Assembly (NCBI GenBank): GCA_016928025.1
Contig: JAFGLN010000023.1
Location: forward strand, 17,067 to 81,066
Length of the DNA: 64,000 nucleotides
Reading direction: 5' to 3'
From: Deltaproteobacteria bacterium
GTDB taxonomy: Bacteria > Desulfobacterota > Syntrophia > Syntrophales > JAFGHS01
The notes beneath the pieces are model-generated. The model was not told the origin of the DNA. It did not search any database and was given only the letters and a program-made list of their open reading frames with translations. Below are positions 50,094 to 59,800 of the stretch, piece after piece; the stretch's first letter is position 1; each line of letters starts with the position of its first letter. The position numbers and the translations under genes were made by a program.

Positions 50094-51764
50094 ATGGTCG
50101 TTGGAGACAAATTAGCGGAATTACTGGCCAAGAATGGCGTAGAGTATATGTATGGTGTGCCGGGGGGGCAAACGCTTCCTCTGTATGAGGGCATTCGGAA
50201 ACTCCCGGGGCAAATTCAGCATGTCCTGATGCGGGACGAGCGCAGCGCCGGTTATGCGGCGGACGCCTATGCCCGTCTCACGGGTCGCGTCGGAGTCTGT
50301 GATGCCACTGTCGGGCCGGGTGCCACCAATCTGGTTTCGCCGTTGGCGGAGGCTTATTGCTCATCCATCCCTTTGTTGGCGATCATATCCGATATTCCTG
50401 TGTTCTGGGAGCATAGACGGGTAAGGGGTAACGCTTCTCAAGCCATTCAGCAAATCGAAATCTTTCAGACCATCAGCAAATGGCAGACTACCCTTGTTAA
50501 TCCCCGATCCCTGGAAGATACGCTGGATACGGCCTTCCGTATGGCGACGACGGGGAAGCCGGGGCCGGTTGTGATATCGGTTCCGATGGATGTCGCTATG
50601 ACGGACTTTTCCTACCAGGATAGCGATAGTGTATTACCGGGAGCCGCCTTTCCCAGATTCCGTAGCGCGCCGGACCTGGAAGAAGTGCTGAAAGCGGCTC
50701 AATTATTGAGAAATGCCAAAAAACCTGTCCTGGTTGTGGGCGGCGGCGTGCACATTTCGGGGGCCTCCCGGCAGGTCAAAGACTTGGCGGAAAAACTGCA
50801 GGCACCGATTATCACATCCATTTCCGGAAAAGGGGTCATTGAAGAGACCCATCCTCTGGCCTTTGGCGTCACGGGCTCCTTCGGAAATCCCGCTGCCGCG
50901 GCAATCATGCAACAGGCTGACCTCGTTTTCTTTATAGGATGCAAGATCGGCCAGTTGACCACCTTCGGATACCGCGTTCCCCAAAGGACTGTGGCCGTCA
51001 TTCATTTGGATGCGGATCCGGAGGAAATCGGCAGAAATTACAAAAACAGTGTTCCCATCCTGGCCGATGCCCGACTGGGACTGGATGCCGTCAATGTCGC
51101 CCTGACCGATACGAAGACAGTGAACGATTGGGATTTCCCGGCCTTTAAGAAAAATCAGGAACAGTGGTATCAAGAGACCGCCGCCAACGCGCCGCAGGCG
51201 GAGCAGCCACTCCGGCCGCAAACCGTCATGGATGCTCTGAATCAGGTGTTGACCGAAGATGATCTGGTGGTTTGTGATGCCAGTTTTTCGTCAGGCTGGG
51301 CTGCCGCTTATTTGAAGTTGACGACTTCCGGGCGCCGTTTCTTGGCACCCAGAGGCCTGGCCGGTCTGGGCTGGGGGGCGCCCGCCGCCGTCGGGGCCGC
51401 CTTGGCCACGGGCAAAGGCAAAAGAGTTTTCTGCCTTGCCGGCGACGGCGGATTCAGCTATTCCGTGCAGGAGTTGGAAGTCATGAAGCGCCTGGATCTT
51501 CCCATTGTTGTCCTTGTGCTCAACAATGATGTCCTGGGCTGGATCAAGCATGCTCAAAAAGACAGTTATCAGGGGAATTATATAGCCACCGACTTTTCCC
51601 ATGTGGATTTCGCGATGGTGGCGAAAGGGTTTGGCGCCAGAGGCTATACCGTCCGGACTCTTGAAGAACTGAAAGATTGTCTCACGAAAGAAAAATCTAT
51701 GCGGGGACCGGTTGTCCTCGACATTGCCACCGACCCATGGCAAAATCCGATGGTCAATGCCTAA
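50094..51764 (+). CDS. thiamine-diphosphate-dependent enzyme (acetolactate synthase-like fold), substrate unknown
   Basis: GVPGG, RDE, GPGATN and the GDG...NN ThDP motif; no small subunit alongside. Confidence 0.9.
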   Translation: MVVGDKLAELLAKNGVEYMYGVPGGQTLPLYEGIRKLPGQIQHVLMRDERSAGYAADAYARLTGRVGVCDATVGPGATNLVSPLAEAYCSSIPLLAIISDIPVFWEHRRVRGNASQAIQQIEIFQTISKWQTTLVNPRSLEDTLDTAFRMATTGKPGPVVISVPMDVAMTDFSYQDSDSVLPGAAFPRFRSAPDLEEVLKAAQLLRNAKKPVLVVGGGVHISGASRQVKDLAEKLQAPIITSISGKGVIEETHPLAFGVTGSFGNPAAAAIMQQADLVFFIGCKIGQLTTFGYRVPQRTVAVIHLDADPEEIGRNYKNSVPILADARLGLDAVNVALTDTKTVNDWDFPAFKKNQEQWYQETAANAPQAEQPLRPQTVMDALNQVLTEDDLVVCDASFSSGWAAAYLKLTTSGRRFLAPRGLAGLGWGAPAAVGAALATGKGKRVFCLAGDGGFSYSVQELEVMKRLDLPIVVLVLNNDVLGWIKHAQKDSYQGNYIATDFSHVDFAMVAKGFGARGYTVRTLEELKDCLTKEKSMRGPVVLDIATDPWQNPMVNA

Positions 51765-51911
51765 ACGGATCATTGCGGATGTTCGAGATCATAATGTTGC
51801 CTGACCAATCATCTGAAATCGAACACCACGGAATGATGAAGCCATGGATCAAATCGGCGATCAGGCGGTCAATAGCTTATTCTGCAACTATTTATTATAA
51901 GGAGTTCCCCA

Positions 51912-52769
51912 ATGAGTGAAAAAAAATTACAGGATAAAGTGGCCATCGTTACGGGCGGAGCCCGAGGACTGGGAAGAGGATACGCGCTGCGGCTGGCGGG
52001 ATTGGGGGCCGACATCGCGATTATTGACAGGAATTTGCATTCCGCCGATGTTTACGACTTTGAGCGGGCACAGATGGCGGCCCCGACGGTTATGGAGGAA
52101 TGCCGGGCCCTTGGTGTCCGGTCCATCGGCATTCAGGCGGATCTGGCTGACCGGGCGGCGGCTGAAAAGGCGGTAGCCGAAGTTGTCAAACAACTGGGCC
52201 GCATTGATATTGCCGTCTGTAACGCCGGCGGTGGCACCGTAACCTTTGCCGATGAGCGCAGAGAGGAGGAGGCTGACAATGGTCAGGCACCGGCGGAGAA
52301 AACCGGCGACGTCGCTCTGACGGGAACCCCGGCCGATTGCCCCCAGCATATGCTGACCAGAGTGCTGGATATTAATCTGATGACCTGCATGTACACGTGC
52401 ATGGCCGTTGCGCCTTATATGAAAGCCCAGAAGGCGGGAAAAATCGTCACCTCTTCTTCCACGGCCGGCATTTCCGCGTCGGCCTTCTACCACCCTTACG
52501 GGACGGCCAAGGCGGCGATCATCCATTACACCCGTTCCCTCGCGCAGGAACTGGGGCCGTATAACATCAACGTAAACAGCATCGCTCCGGGGATTATCCG
52601 CACGGGTCGACTCGGCGACCGAAGCCGCATGGCAAAACGCATTCCCCTGAGGCGGGAGGGAACGATTGAAGATTGTGCCCGGGTTGTGGAGTTTCTGGTG
52701 ACCGACCTCTCCGATTACGTAACAGGAAAGACCATCAGCATTGACGGCGGCTTTTGCGATCAACGATAG
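51912..52769 (+). CDS. SDR family oxidoreductase
   Basis: TGGARGLG, NAGG, YGTAK and APG motifs. Confidence 0.93.
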   Translation: MSEKKLQDKVAIVTGGARGLGRGYALRLAGLGADIAIIDRNLHSADVYDFERAQMAAPTVMEECRALGVRSIGIQADLADRAAAEKAVAEVVKQLGRIDIAVCNAGGGTVTFADERREEEADNGQAPAEKTGDVALTGTPADCPQHMLTRVLDINLMTCMYTCMAVAPYMKAQKAGKIVTSSSTAGISASAFYHPYGTAKAAIIHYTRSLAQELGPYNINVNSIAPGIIRTGRLGDRSRMAKRIPLRREGTIEDCARVVEFLVTDLSDYVTGKTISIDGGFCDQR

Positions 52770-52801
52770 CCCCCCTTCAATTTCCCCCATTCAAGAATCA
52801 A

Positions 52802-52834
52802 GAAAGCCCCGGAAAATCGTTTTCCGGGGCTTTC
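52802..52834. terminator. terminator hairpin between convergent genes
   Basis: GAAAGCCCCGGAAAA-TCG-TTTTCCGGGGCTTTC perfect inverted repeat. Confidence 0.8.
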
Positions 52835-52883
52835 AAGGCAAAGTTTATTCTTCGACAAAGAAGATCAGTGGGGGGTAACCGTA

Positions 52884-53645
52884 TTATCGGGCAAACTTTC
52901 TTTTTTTCAATCCTGCCAGACCGGCCAATCCTAATCCTAAAAGCAGCACAGCGGCCGGCTCGGGAACCGGCGGAGTATTTTCCAACTTGATTGAGGTTTG
53001 AATCTGCAAATTTGAAGCGGATGTATGTCTTTCGGCAAAGAAGAAATCAAAGTCATATACATTGCCAGCCGTCAGTCCCAAAGTGTCGAGGTTCACGGAG
53101 TCGGGTACCGCACTGTGAATGCCCCCCAAATCAATGACCAGTTGATCATTGATGAAAACCCAGACATCGTCGTCACCGGTAAAGTTAAAGGTTTGTCCGG
53201 TCTGGTAGGTAAATGCAGTGTGTATCTCGTAGGTGAAGTGATAATTGTGACCCGTACTTCCGTAATTACCTAAAAGCTGACCGTCGATCGGGAAGAAGCT
53301 GCTGCTGTAATAGCTGTAAATGCCGGAGCCGGAAGACGTCTCGTTTAGTGTTATGGTGTAATTCGTTAAATTTGTTGTGTTGTGGTACCACTGATTAAAA
53401 TTGGTTTGGCCGTGGACAGAGCCATAGGTCGCGGCGCCATGAGCATAGACGGGTTTGCCGTCGGAACCCAGGGTCGTCTGAACAATTCCCGTAACATGAC
53501 CGCAGATGCCCGCCTCAAAATCGTTATTCGTGCTCGGGGTGAAATCTCTGATGGTTCCGGTAAGAGTAATGGACCCCGCATATCCTTGCGAACCTATTAC
53601 CAGAGCCCCTAAAAGAACAAGGGCGATAAGCATGACTTTCTTCAT
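52884..53645 (-). CDS. fibro-slime (PA14-like) domain protein with PEP-CTERM sorting signal
   Basis: Signal peptide; TIRDF, FFPID, HNYHFT, FTGDDDVWVFIN..LVIDLGG.H and FFAERH motifs; VPEP + TM helix + KKRK tail. Confidence 0.93.
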   Translation of the reverse strand: MKKVMLIALVLLGALVIGSQGYAGSITLTGTIRDFTPSTNNDFEAGICGHVTGIVQTTLGSDGKPVYAHGAATYGSVHGQTNFNQWYHNTTNLTNYTITLNETSSGSGIYSYYSSSFFPIDGQLLGNYGSTGHNYHFTYEIHTAFTYQTGQTFNFTGDDDVWVFINDQLVIDLGGIHSAVPDSVNLDTLGLTAGNVYDFDFFFAERHTSASNLQIQTSIKLENTPPVPEPAAVLLLGLGLAGLAGLKKRKFAR

Positions 53646-53756
53646 ATTACCTCCTTTTTAAAACTATTAGTGTGTTTCGAGCGATCTATAAACAGAACAT
53701 TTTATATTTTATTTTTTAAGATACCATCGTCTGAAAAAGTCTTCTAAAGTAAAACA

Positions 53757-53772
53757 TGCAATGGTTGTACCC
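53757..53772 (-). promoter_or_regulatory. sigma54 (-24/-12) promoter of the PEP-CTERM gene
   Basis: Minus strand GGGTACAACCATTGCA matches GG-N10-GC with TTGCA. Confidence 0.65.
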
Positions 53773-53881
53773 GGGTATGCCGTGCCGTCATGAGAAACGC
53801 ATATCATTATAATATTATTAAAAAAATCCAGTCTGGGGAAAGATTAAAGTTAATCGGTCTTTGTTTGTATTCTCAATTATT

Positions 53882-54189
53882 TGTAAATAAATCCGACAGT
53901 GGCTCTTCGTATTTTGAGCAACTCACCACCAAAAAATTAAAAGAATAAATGATTAGTCACGATTAAAAAACGAATGATTATAATAAATTGCTTTAAATAT
54001 CCGTCATCAGATTTACGGGCGTATAAAGGCCTGTTAATAGATTGCGAAACATGTAAATTCAATCGACGATTTTCATGGCAGTTTTACTTGTTAAAGGATA
54101 GAAGGTGAATTAATAGAGTAAAAATAGCATATTATATGCTATCGGTGAATGAAGAATATATTCAATGAAGCTTGTAAAATTTTCCGTCA
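53882..54189 (-). promoter_or_regulatory. three PrsR-type (PEP-CTERM box) enhancer sites
   Basis: Plus strand TGTAAATAAATCCGACA (53882), TGTAAATTCAATCGACG (54052) and TGTAAAATTTTCCGTCA (54173); each ends in TTTACA on the minus strand. Confidence 0.6.
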
Positions 54190-54242
54190 GTGCGGTCAAC
54201 AATCTGCTAATATCACATGGCAAGATTTGATTCATATCCCAT

Positions 54243-55430
54243 CTAACGGATCAGATCGTGTTCGGGCATGTCGTGCAGTTGCCGGATGTAGGAACCCATT
54301 GTTTCGGGGAGGTATCTGCCCCAGAGCTTGATCGGCGGCCGGTCGATATCGGTCCGGGGACTGAAACCTACTGCGAATAACGACTCAACAAGGAACTCGA
54401 CGTTCATGGGGATATACCCTTTGTATGTTTTGTTATCCCGCTGGGCGATGATTCTTTCCTCATGGAGGCTGCTGCCGAATTCGGATTCCACCATATCGGG
54501 AAAGGTGGTGAGAATCAGCTCGATATTGATCTTTGTTTCGGCATCCGGCAAAAAGACTTCCAATCCCTTTTGCAGGTCCTCATCGAGAATGCCCCGGCCG
54601 GTATAGCGTTTCCAGGCTTCCTTGGTCTGATATTGTCGACAGACATGTTCCGCGTTCCAGGGAACTTCCAGAATGCAATTGACGGCCCGATACTTGCCGC
54701 GAAATTCCTCCCGTTCAATGATGCTTATATCCCGGACGTTCAGCAGGTCCTTTTCGAACCGAGGCAAATCATCGCTGTCCGTAACAATCTTCAGAGCACC
54801 CACATCATGGATGGTCATGGCAGTTTTCTCAAACTTGATACCTCCGTCTCGAAAACGTTCGGCGATCAGCTCTTCCGCCCGGATGAATTCTTCGATCATC
54901 TGCTCTTCAGGCGTTATGAACCGGTCGAGGGGGATGCCGTGGCGCTTGGCCCTTTCCCGGGCCATGGCCTTGGCCTGCTCCACAACCTTTTCATAAATCC
55001 AGTTCGCGATTCGGCGGTTCGCCTTCTCGGCGATTCTCTTCGGCCGCTTTATTCTGTATGATCCAAGCAGGTGATTTGCATCATCAAGGAAAACGACGGC
55101 ATTGATCGGTGCTTCACGATAGTAGTAGTCGGGGTTTTCGTCATAGCGCTGCAATAACTCCGCCACACGGGGCGGTGCTTTTCGCCTGTCATTGTATATA
55201 ATGTCACGCAGTTCCCCTTTGGACCGAATGTATTTAGGCCGGTATGGCTTGTGATCGGTCGTGTCGATCAAGTGCCTGATCAGAGCGGCTAAGGTTTCAT
55301 GGACGACGAAGCCGTCACAGATGAGGATTTTCTTGAGGGTTTGACAATCACCGGGCTCCGGACAATTGCAAAACCAGCGCTCGGCGATATCGAACAGGGC
55401 ATTTCGATGGATAAACGATGTCAGATACAT
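54243..55430 (-). CDS. hypothetical protein with divergent RelA/SpoT synthetase-like motifs
   Basis: Ordered motifs RIKRPKRIAEK, IHDVGALKIV, GKYRAVN and IELILTTF...EFG...H. The ORF is secure; the function is inferred. Confidence 0.6.
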   Translation of the reverse strand: MYLTSFIHRNALFDIAERWFCNCPEPGDCQTLKKILICDGFVVHETLAALIRHLIDTTDHKPYRPKYIRSKGELRDIIYNDRRKAPPRVAELLQRYDENPDYYYREAPINAVVFLDDANHLLGSYRIKRPKRIAEKANRRIANWIYEKVVEQAKAMARERAKRHGIPLDRFITPEEQMIEEFIRAEELIAERFRDGGIKFEKTAMTIHDVGALKIVTDSDDLPRFEKDLLNVRDISIIEREEFRGKYRAVNCILEVPWNAEHVCRQYQTKEAWKRYTGRGILDEDLQKGLEVFLPDAETKINIELILTTFPDMVESEFGSSLHEERIIAQRDNKTYKGYIPMNVEFLVESLFAVGFSPRTDIDRPPIKLWGRYLPETMGSYIRQLHDMPEHDLIR

Positions 55431-55806
55431 TGATGACGCTCCAGCCGTTTTAAGATGCTCATCATTTCAACCTTTGCGGTTGTTCGTTACGGGATGGGTG
55501 CCTCGGATAAAAAAATGTTATTTCGAGCAGTTGCAATATAGGTGAAGCGATTCGAATCTGTCAAGGTAATTTCGCTGGTCCGATGATACTTGTCCCTTGA
55601 CAGGATTCAGCAAATCGTTTAAAAAATTGCTTATTTGAATGCTTAAATGAACCATGGAACCATGGGAAGGCTCTTTTTAAGAGCGGGTATCGATGCAAAG
55701 TCCTCAAGATGCCTCCCGATGGTTCCGCCCCAGGCATTCCCCGCGCATTTAGAGTGAAAACGTCATTTTTTGAAAGTTGTTTCCCATCAACGAAAGCGAG
55801 CCTGCC

Positions 55807-56745
55807 ATGACACAAGCAATCCGGAATAAGACGTTCAAATTTGCCGTTCCCGACGGGTTTCAGATTTTTGTCCGCCGCTGGGTGCCGCCGGTGGGGGTAA
55901 AACCCCAGGCCGTCATCCAGATCGCCCACGGCGCGGCGGAGCACAGCCTGCGCTATGAGCGCTTCGCGCGGTTTCTCAATCAGGCGGGCTATATTGTTTA
56001 TGCCGACGACCACCGCGGCCACTGGATGACGGCGGGAACTTTAGATAATGCAGGTATCGCGGGCGACGACGGCTGGAATGGGATTGTCAAAGACATCAAA
56101 CAGTTGACGGACATCATCAAGGAAGAAAACCCGGGCCTGCCCGTCTTTTTGTTCGGCCACAGCATGGGTTCCCGCATAGCCCATCACTACATCCAGCAGT
56201 GGGGGGAAGGGCTTGCGGGCGTGGTGCTTTGTGGCTCGTCGGGTGCCATTCCGCCGGATCTGGACAAAAGCATCGCCATTATGGAGTCGAAACCCCGCGA
56301 AAAAATCATGAAAAGCATGTTTAAAGCCGCCAACAGCCGCTTTGAGCCGGGCAAGACCGGCTTTGAATGGCTTACCCGCGACGAGGCGGAGGTGCGGAAA
56401 TACGTCGATGATCCCTGGTGCGGCTTTCCTTTTACGTATGGGTTCGTCACGGACATGCAGAAGGCGTCGCGGGAGCGATGGAAGCCGGAACATCAGGCGC
56501 GCATTCCGCGGAATCTTCCGGTTTATCTTATCTCCGGCGCGGACGATCCGGCAGCGGGGGATCACGGCGAGAATTTTACTCTGCTGGTTGAACACTTTAA
56601 GCATGTGGGCACGCATGACCTCACGGCAAAATTGTATCCAGGGGCGCGCCATGAGCTCCTGAATGAAACAAACCGGGACGAGGTGCACCGGGACCTGCTG
56701 GCCTGGTTCGATGCTCACCTGCATCCGCAGTCCGGACAAGCTTAA
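55807..56745 (+). CDS. alpha/beta hydrolase (lysophospholipase/monoacylglycerol lipase-like)
   Basis: HGAAEH..RY, DHRGH, GHSMG, SGADDP and ARHELLNE motifs. Confidence 0.93.
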   Translation: MTQAIRNKTFKFAVPDGFQIFVRRWVPPVGVKPQAVIQIAHGAAEHSLRYERFARFLNQAGYIVYADDHRGHWMTAGTLDNAGIAGDDGWNGIVKDIKQLTDIIKEENPGLPVFLFGHSMGSRIAHHYIQQWGEGLAGVVLCGSSGAIPPDLDKSIAIMESKPREKIMKSMFKAANSRFEPGKTGFEWLTRDEAEVRKYVDDPWCGFPFTYGFVTDMQKASRERWKPEHQARIPRNLPVYLISGADDPAAGDHGENFTLLVEHFKHVGTHDLTAKLYPGARHELLNETNRDEVHRDLLAWFDAHLHPQSGQA

Positions 56746-56809
56746 ACAAATAGATAAAAATATTCTGCATGATATCGATCACAACCGAAATCGTCGCTGG
56801 AGGTACTGT

Positions 56810-59800
56810 ATGTCTGCTCATAAAACACAAGGATTTGGATATGCCCTGAAGAAATGCCGATGGTCCGATTTGCGGCTTTTTTCAAGCAGGATGCTTTCCA
56901 CAATGACCTTCATGGGTGCCTTTTTCATCCTTGCCATGATGGCAATACCCGTTTCGGCGACGACGGATGACCATAAAACGCTGATGCAGCTGCCATCCAA
57001 CGGGGAAGCTGATGAGACCCTGGACCGGCTGCCCCTGATGTTCGAACCCAACGAAGGGCAGGCGGTGGGAGGCATACGCTATATTGCCCGTTGCCCCGGC
57101 GCGACACTTTATTTCCATGACGGTGCCGTGGATATAATCGTTCGTCGCCAGGGATCAGGGTCTCGCTCCGTGTCGTCGGTCGGTAAAGCAGTCGTTTCAG
57201 CGGCACGGGAGCGAATCCGAATGCGGCTCGTCGGTGCCCGACCGTTCCCGCAGATCGAACCGGTCGGCAAACTGCCAGGGGAAGTCAACTACTTCAAAGG
57301 GCCTGATCCGGCGAAATGGCGGACCGGCATCCCGACCTATCGCAAGATCAAATACACGTCCGTTTATCCGGGAATCGACCTGGTGTTTTACGGTAACGCG
57401 CGGATGCTGGAGTACGATTTCATCATCCGTCCCGGCGCCGATCCGTCGCAGGTCCGCATTGCCTTTGACGGAGCGAAAGAAGAATGGATAACCGAAGACG
57501 GCGCCCTGGTCATGTCCACGCGGGGGGGCGACCGTGTATTGCAGCATAAACCCGTCGTTTACCAAGACGTGAAAGGCTGCCGCAAGGTTGTCAACGGCGA
57601 GTATCGGTCCCGGGGCCGGGGGCTTTACGGTTTTGACGTGGCGGCGTATGACTCCAAACAGCCCCTGATCATCGATCCGGGCTTCCAGTTCTCCTCCTAC
57701 ATCGGCGGGACAGATGAAGACAGCGGAGGCAAGGAATGGGTCCGGGGAATCGCCGTGGGGGCCGACGGAGGCGTTTATATCGGTGGTATGACAACGGCGA
57801 CGGACTTTCCCGCTATCAGCCAGATCCCGGGGGCGGCCAACGATTCCAGCGTGACAGTGGAACACGACGCCTGGGTGGCCAAGGTTCACCGCTCCGGCAC
57901 TTTTCTGGAGTGGAGCACCATCCTGGGCGGCATCGGCAGCGATACGATCTGGTCACTTGCCCTGGATTCCGGGGACAATGTGGTCGTAGCCGGGACGGGA
58001 TCGTCATATTTCCCGGAGGTGAAGAAGCTGTATACCGATGGCGGCATGTTCGTAACCAGGATCAAGAGCGACGGCACGGAACTTTTGTTTTCGACCCGCT
58101 TCGGCGGCAGCGGCGACGGCTTTGCTGCCGCGGTGGCCGTGGATGATGAAGACAATATCTACATTACCGGTTACACGGAGGCGGAGGATTTCCCCGTTAC
58201 GGTCGGCGCCTTTCAAACCCAGCTGAAAAAAGATGATCCGCAGTTTGCCCAGGATGCCTATGTCATGAAGATCGATCCCGCCGAGCCCAAGGTGGTCTAT
58301 TCGACCTATATCGGTGGATCGAGCTATGACTGGGGTCGGGGCATCGCCGTGGACGGCGAGGGTTGTGCCTATATTGCCGGAGAAACCGCTTCAACCGATT
58401 ATCCGGTCGCTCATGCCTATCAGGGGGCCCATGCGGGGGGAGCCTATGATTGCATGGTAACCAAACTCACGGCGGACGGCTCCGGTTTGGCTTACTCCAC
58501 TTTCCTGGGCTCTGCCGACGGGGGCGCCGGGTCGGCCTCGGAAAGGTGCAGCGCCATTGCCGTGGATGCGGCGGGCCAAGCTTACGTCACCGGCATTACC
58601 AAGTCGGAGACCTTTCCGACCGTAAATCCTGTCCAGGGCAGCTGCGGCGGTGACGTTGACGCGTTTATCGCCGGCTTCGCCGCGGACGGCTCCGGACCCC
58701 TTTTCTCCACCTATCTGGGGGGTGCCAAGATGGACCACGGGTATGCCATTGCCGTGGATGCCCAGGGATACGTTTACGTCGGCGGGCATACCACATCCAA
58801 TACCGACTTTCCCCTGGTTGATGCCGCTCAGCCAAATTTCGGCATGGGCGTCACCGATCCCAAGGATTGGTGGGACGGCTTTGTCACGGTCTATACGCCG
58901 GGTGGGGCGGGCCTTCATTTTTCCACCTACCTGGGCGGAAACAACTGGGATACCGTCAGCACCCTGGCCGTCGATACGGCCGGAGCGATCTATGTGGGCG
59001 GCCAGACGACTTCCCAGACCTTTCCGGTCGTCGGGGGCATCGATTTTCCCGGCGGGTCCTTTCCCAAGCAGAATTCCCTTCAGGGCGTTTATGACGGATT
59101 CGTGACGAAGTTCGGATCGATCTATTCGGCCTATCTCATCTTCAGCGACCTGGCGTTGACTCATGAGGAAAATGCCGATCCCGTCAGGGTCGGCGACGCC
59201 TTGGTCTATACCCTGACGGTGGAGAACAAGGGCCCCGACATCGCGGCGAACGCGACCCTCAAGGGCGTACTGTCCGGTGTTTTTGATTCCGTGACCCCGA
59301 CGCCTTCCGTCGGGAGCTGCACGGGCGGGGCCGCCTTTCTCTGCGAGCTGGGCGATTTGGATCCGGATACGACCGCCACCGTTACCTTGACCGCTGTTCC
59401 CGCCCGCATCGGCACGGCCGGCCTCGAAGCGTTCGCCTACAGCGATTCGGGTGACACGAACACGGACAACAACGATATCACGGAGGAAACGGACCTTATC
59501 CCCGCCTCCGACCTCATTCCCGATCCGACCTGCGCCGTTTTGCGCTCCACCGAAGCAGGCCGCCGATCGCCCGTGCAGACCTTTTTGATCACGAACAGCG
59601 CCGGTGTCAACCGGACCGTCGGCGAGATCAGTCTTTCCGGAGAGGACGCGGCGGAATTTCAGTTGGACAGCGATACCTGCTCCGGGATGACCCTGGCCCC
59701 CGATGCGCACTGCAGTGTCGGTGTCGTCATGGCGCCCGTAGCGGCGGGCGACAAAGAGGCCCTTTTGAATATTCCCTCCGACGACAGCCGCTTCCCAGTG

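Noticed and set aside
57700-59120. CRISPR-like or tandem DNA repeats
   Set aside because: Recurring strings such as GCCGTGGA and TCCACCTA are coding SBBP propeller repeats without repeat-spacer periodicity.
58391-59710. 439-aa antisense ORF (also 28189-29202, 7132-8049, 8578-9438, 51927-52790 and similar)
   Set aside because: Shadow frames opposite well-supported genes, with no motifs; expected from codon bias.
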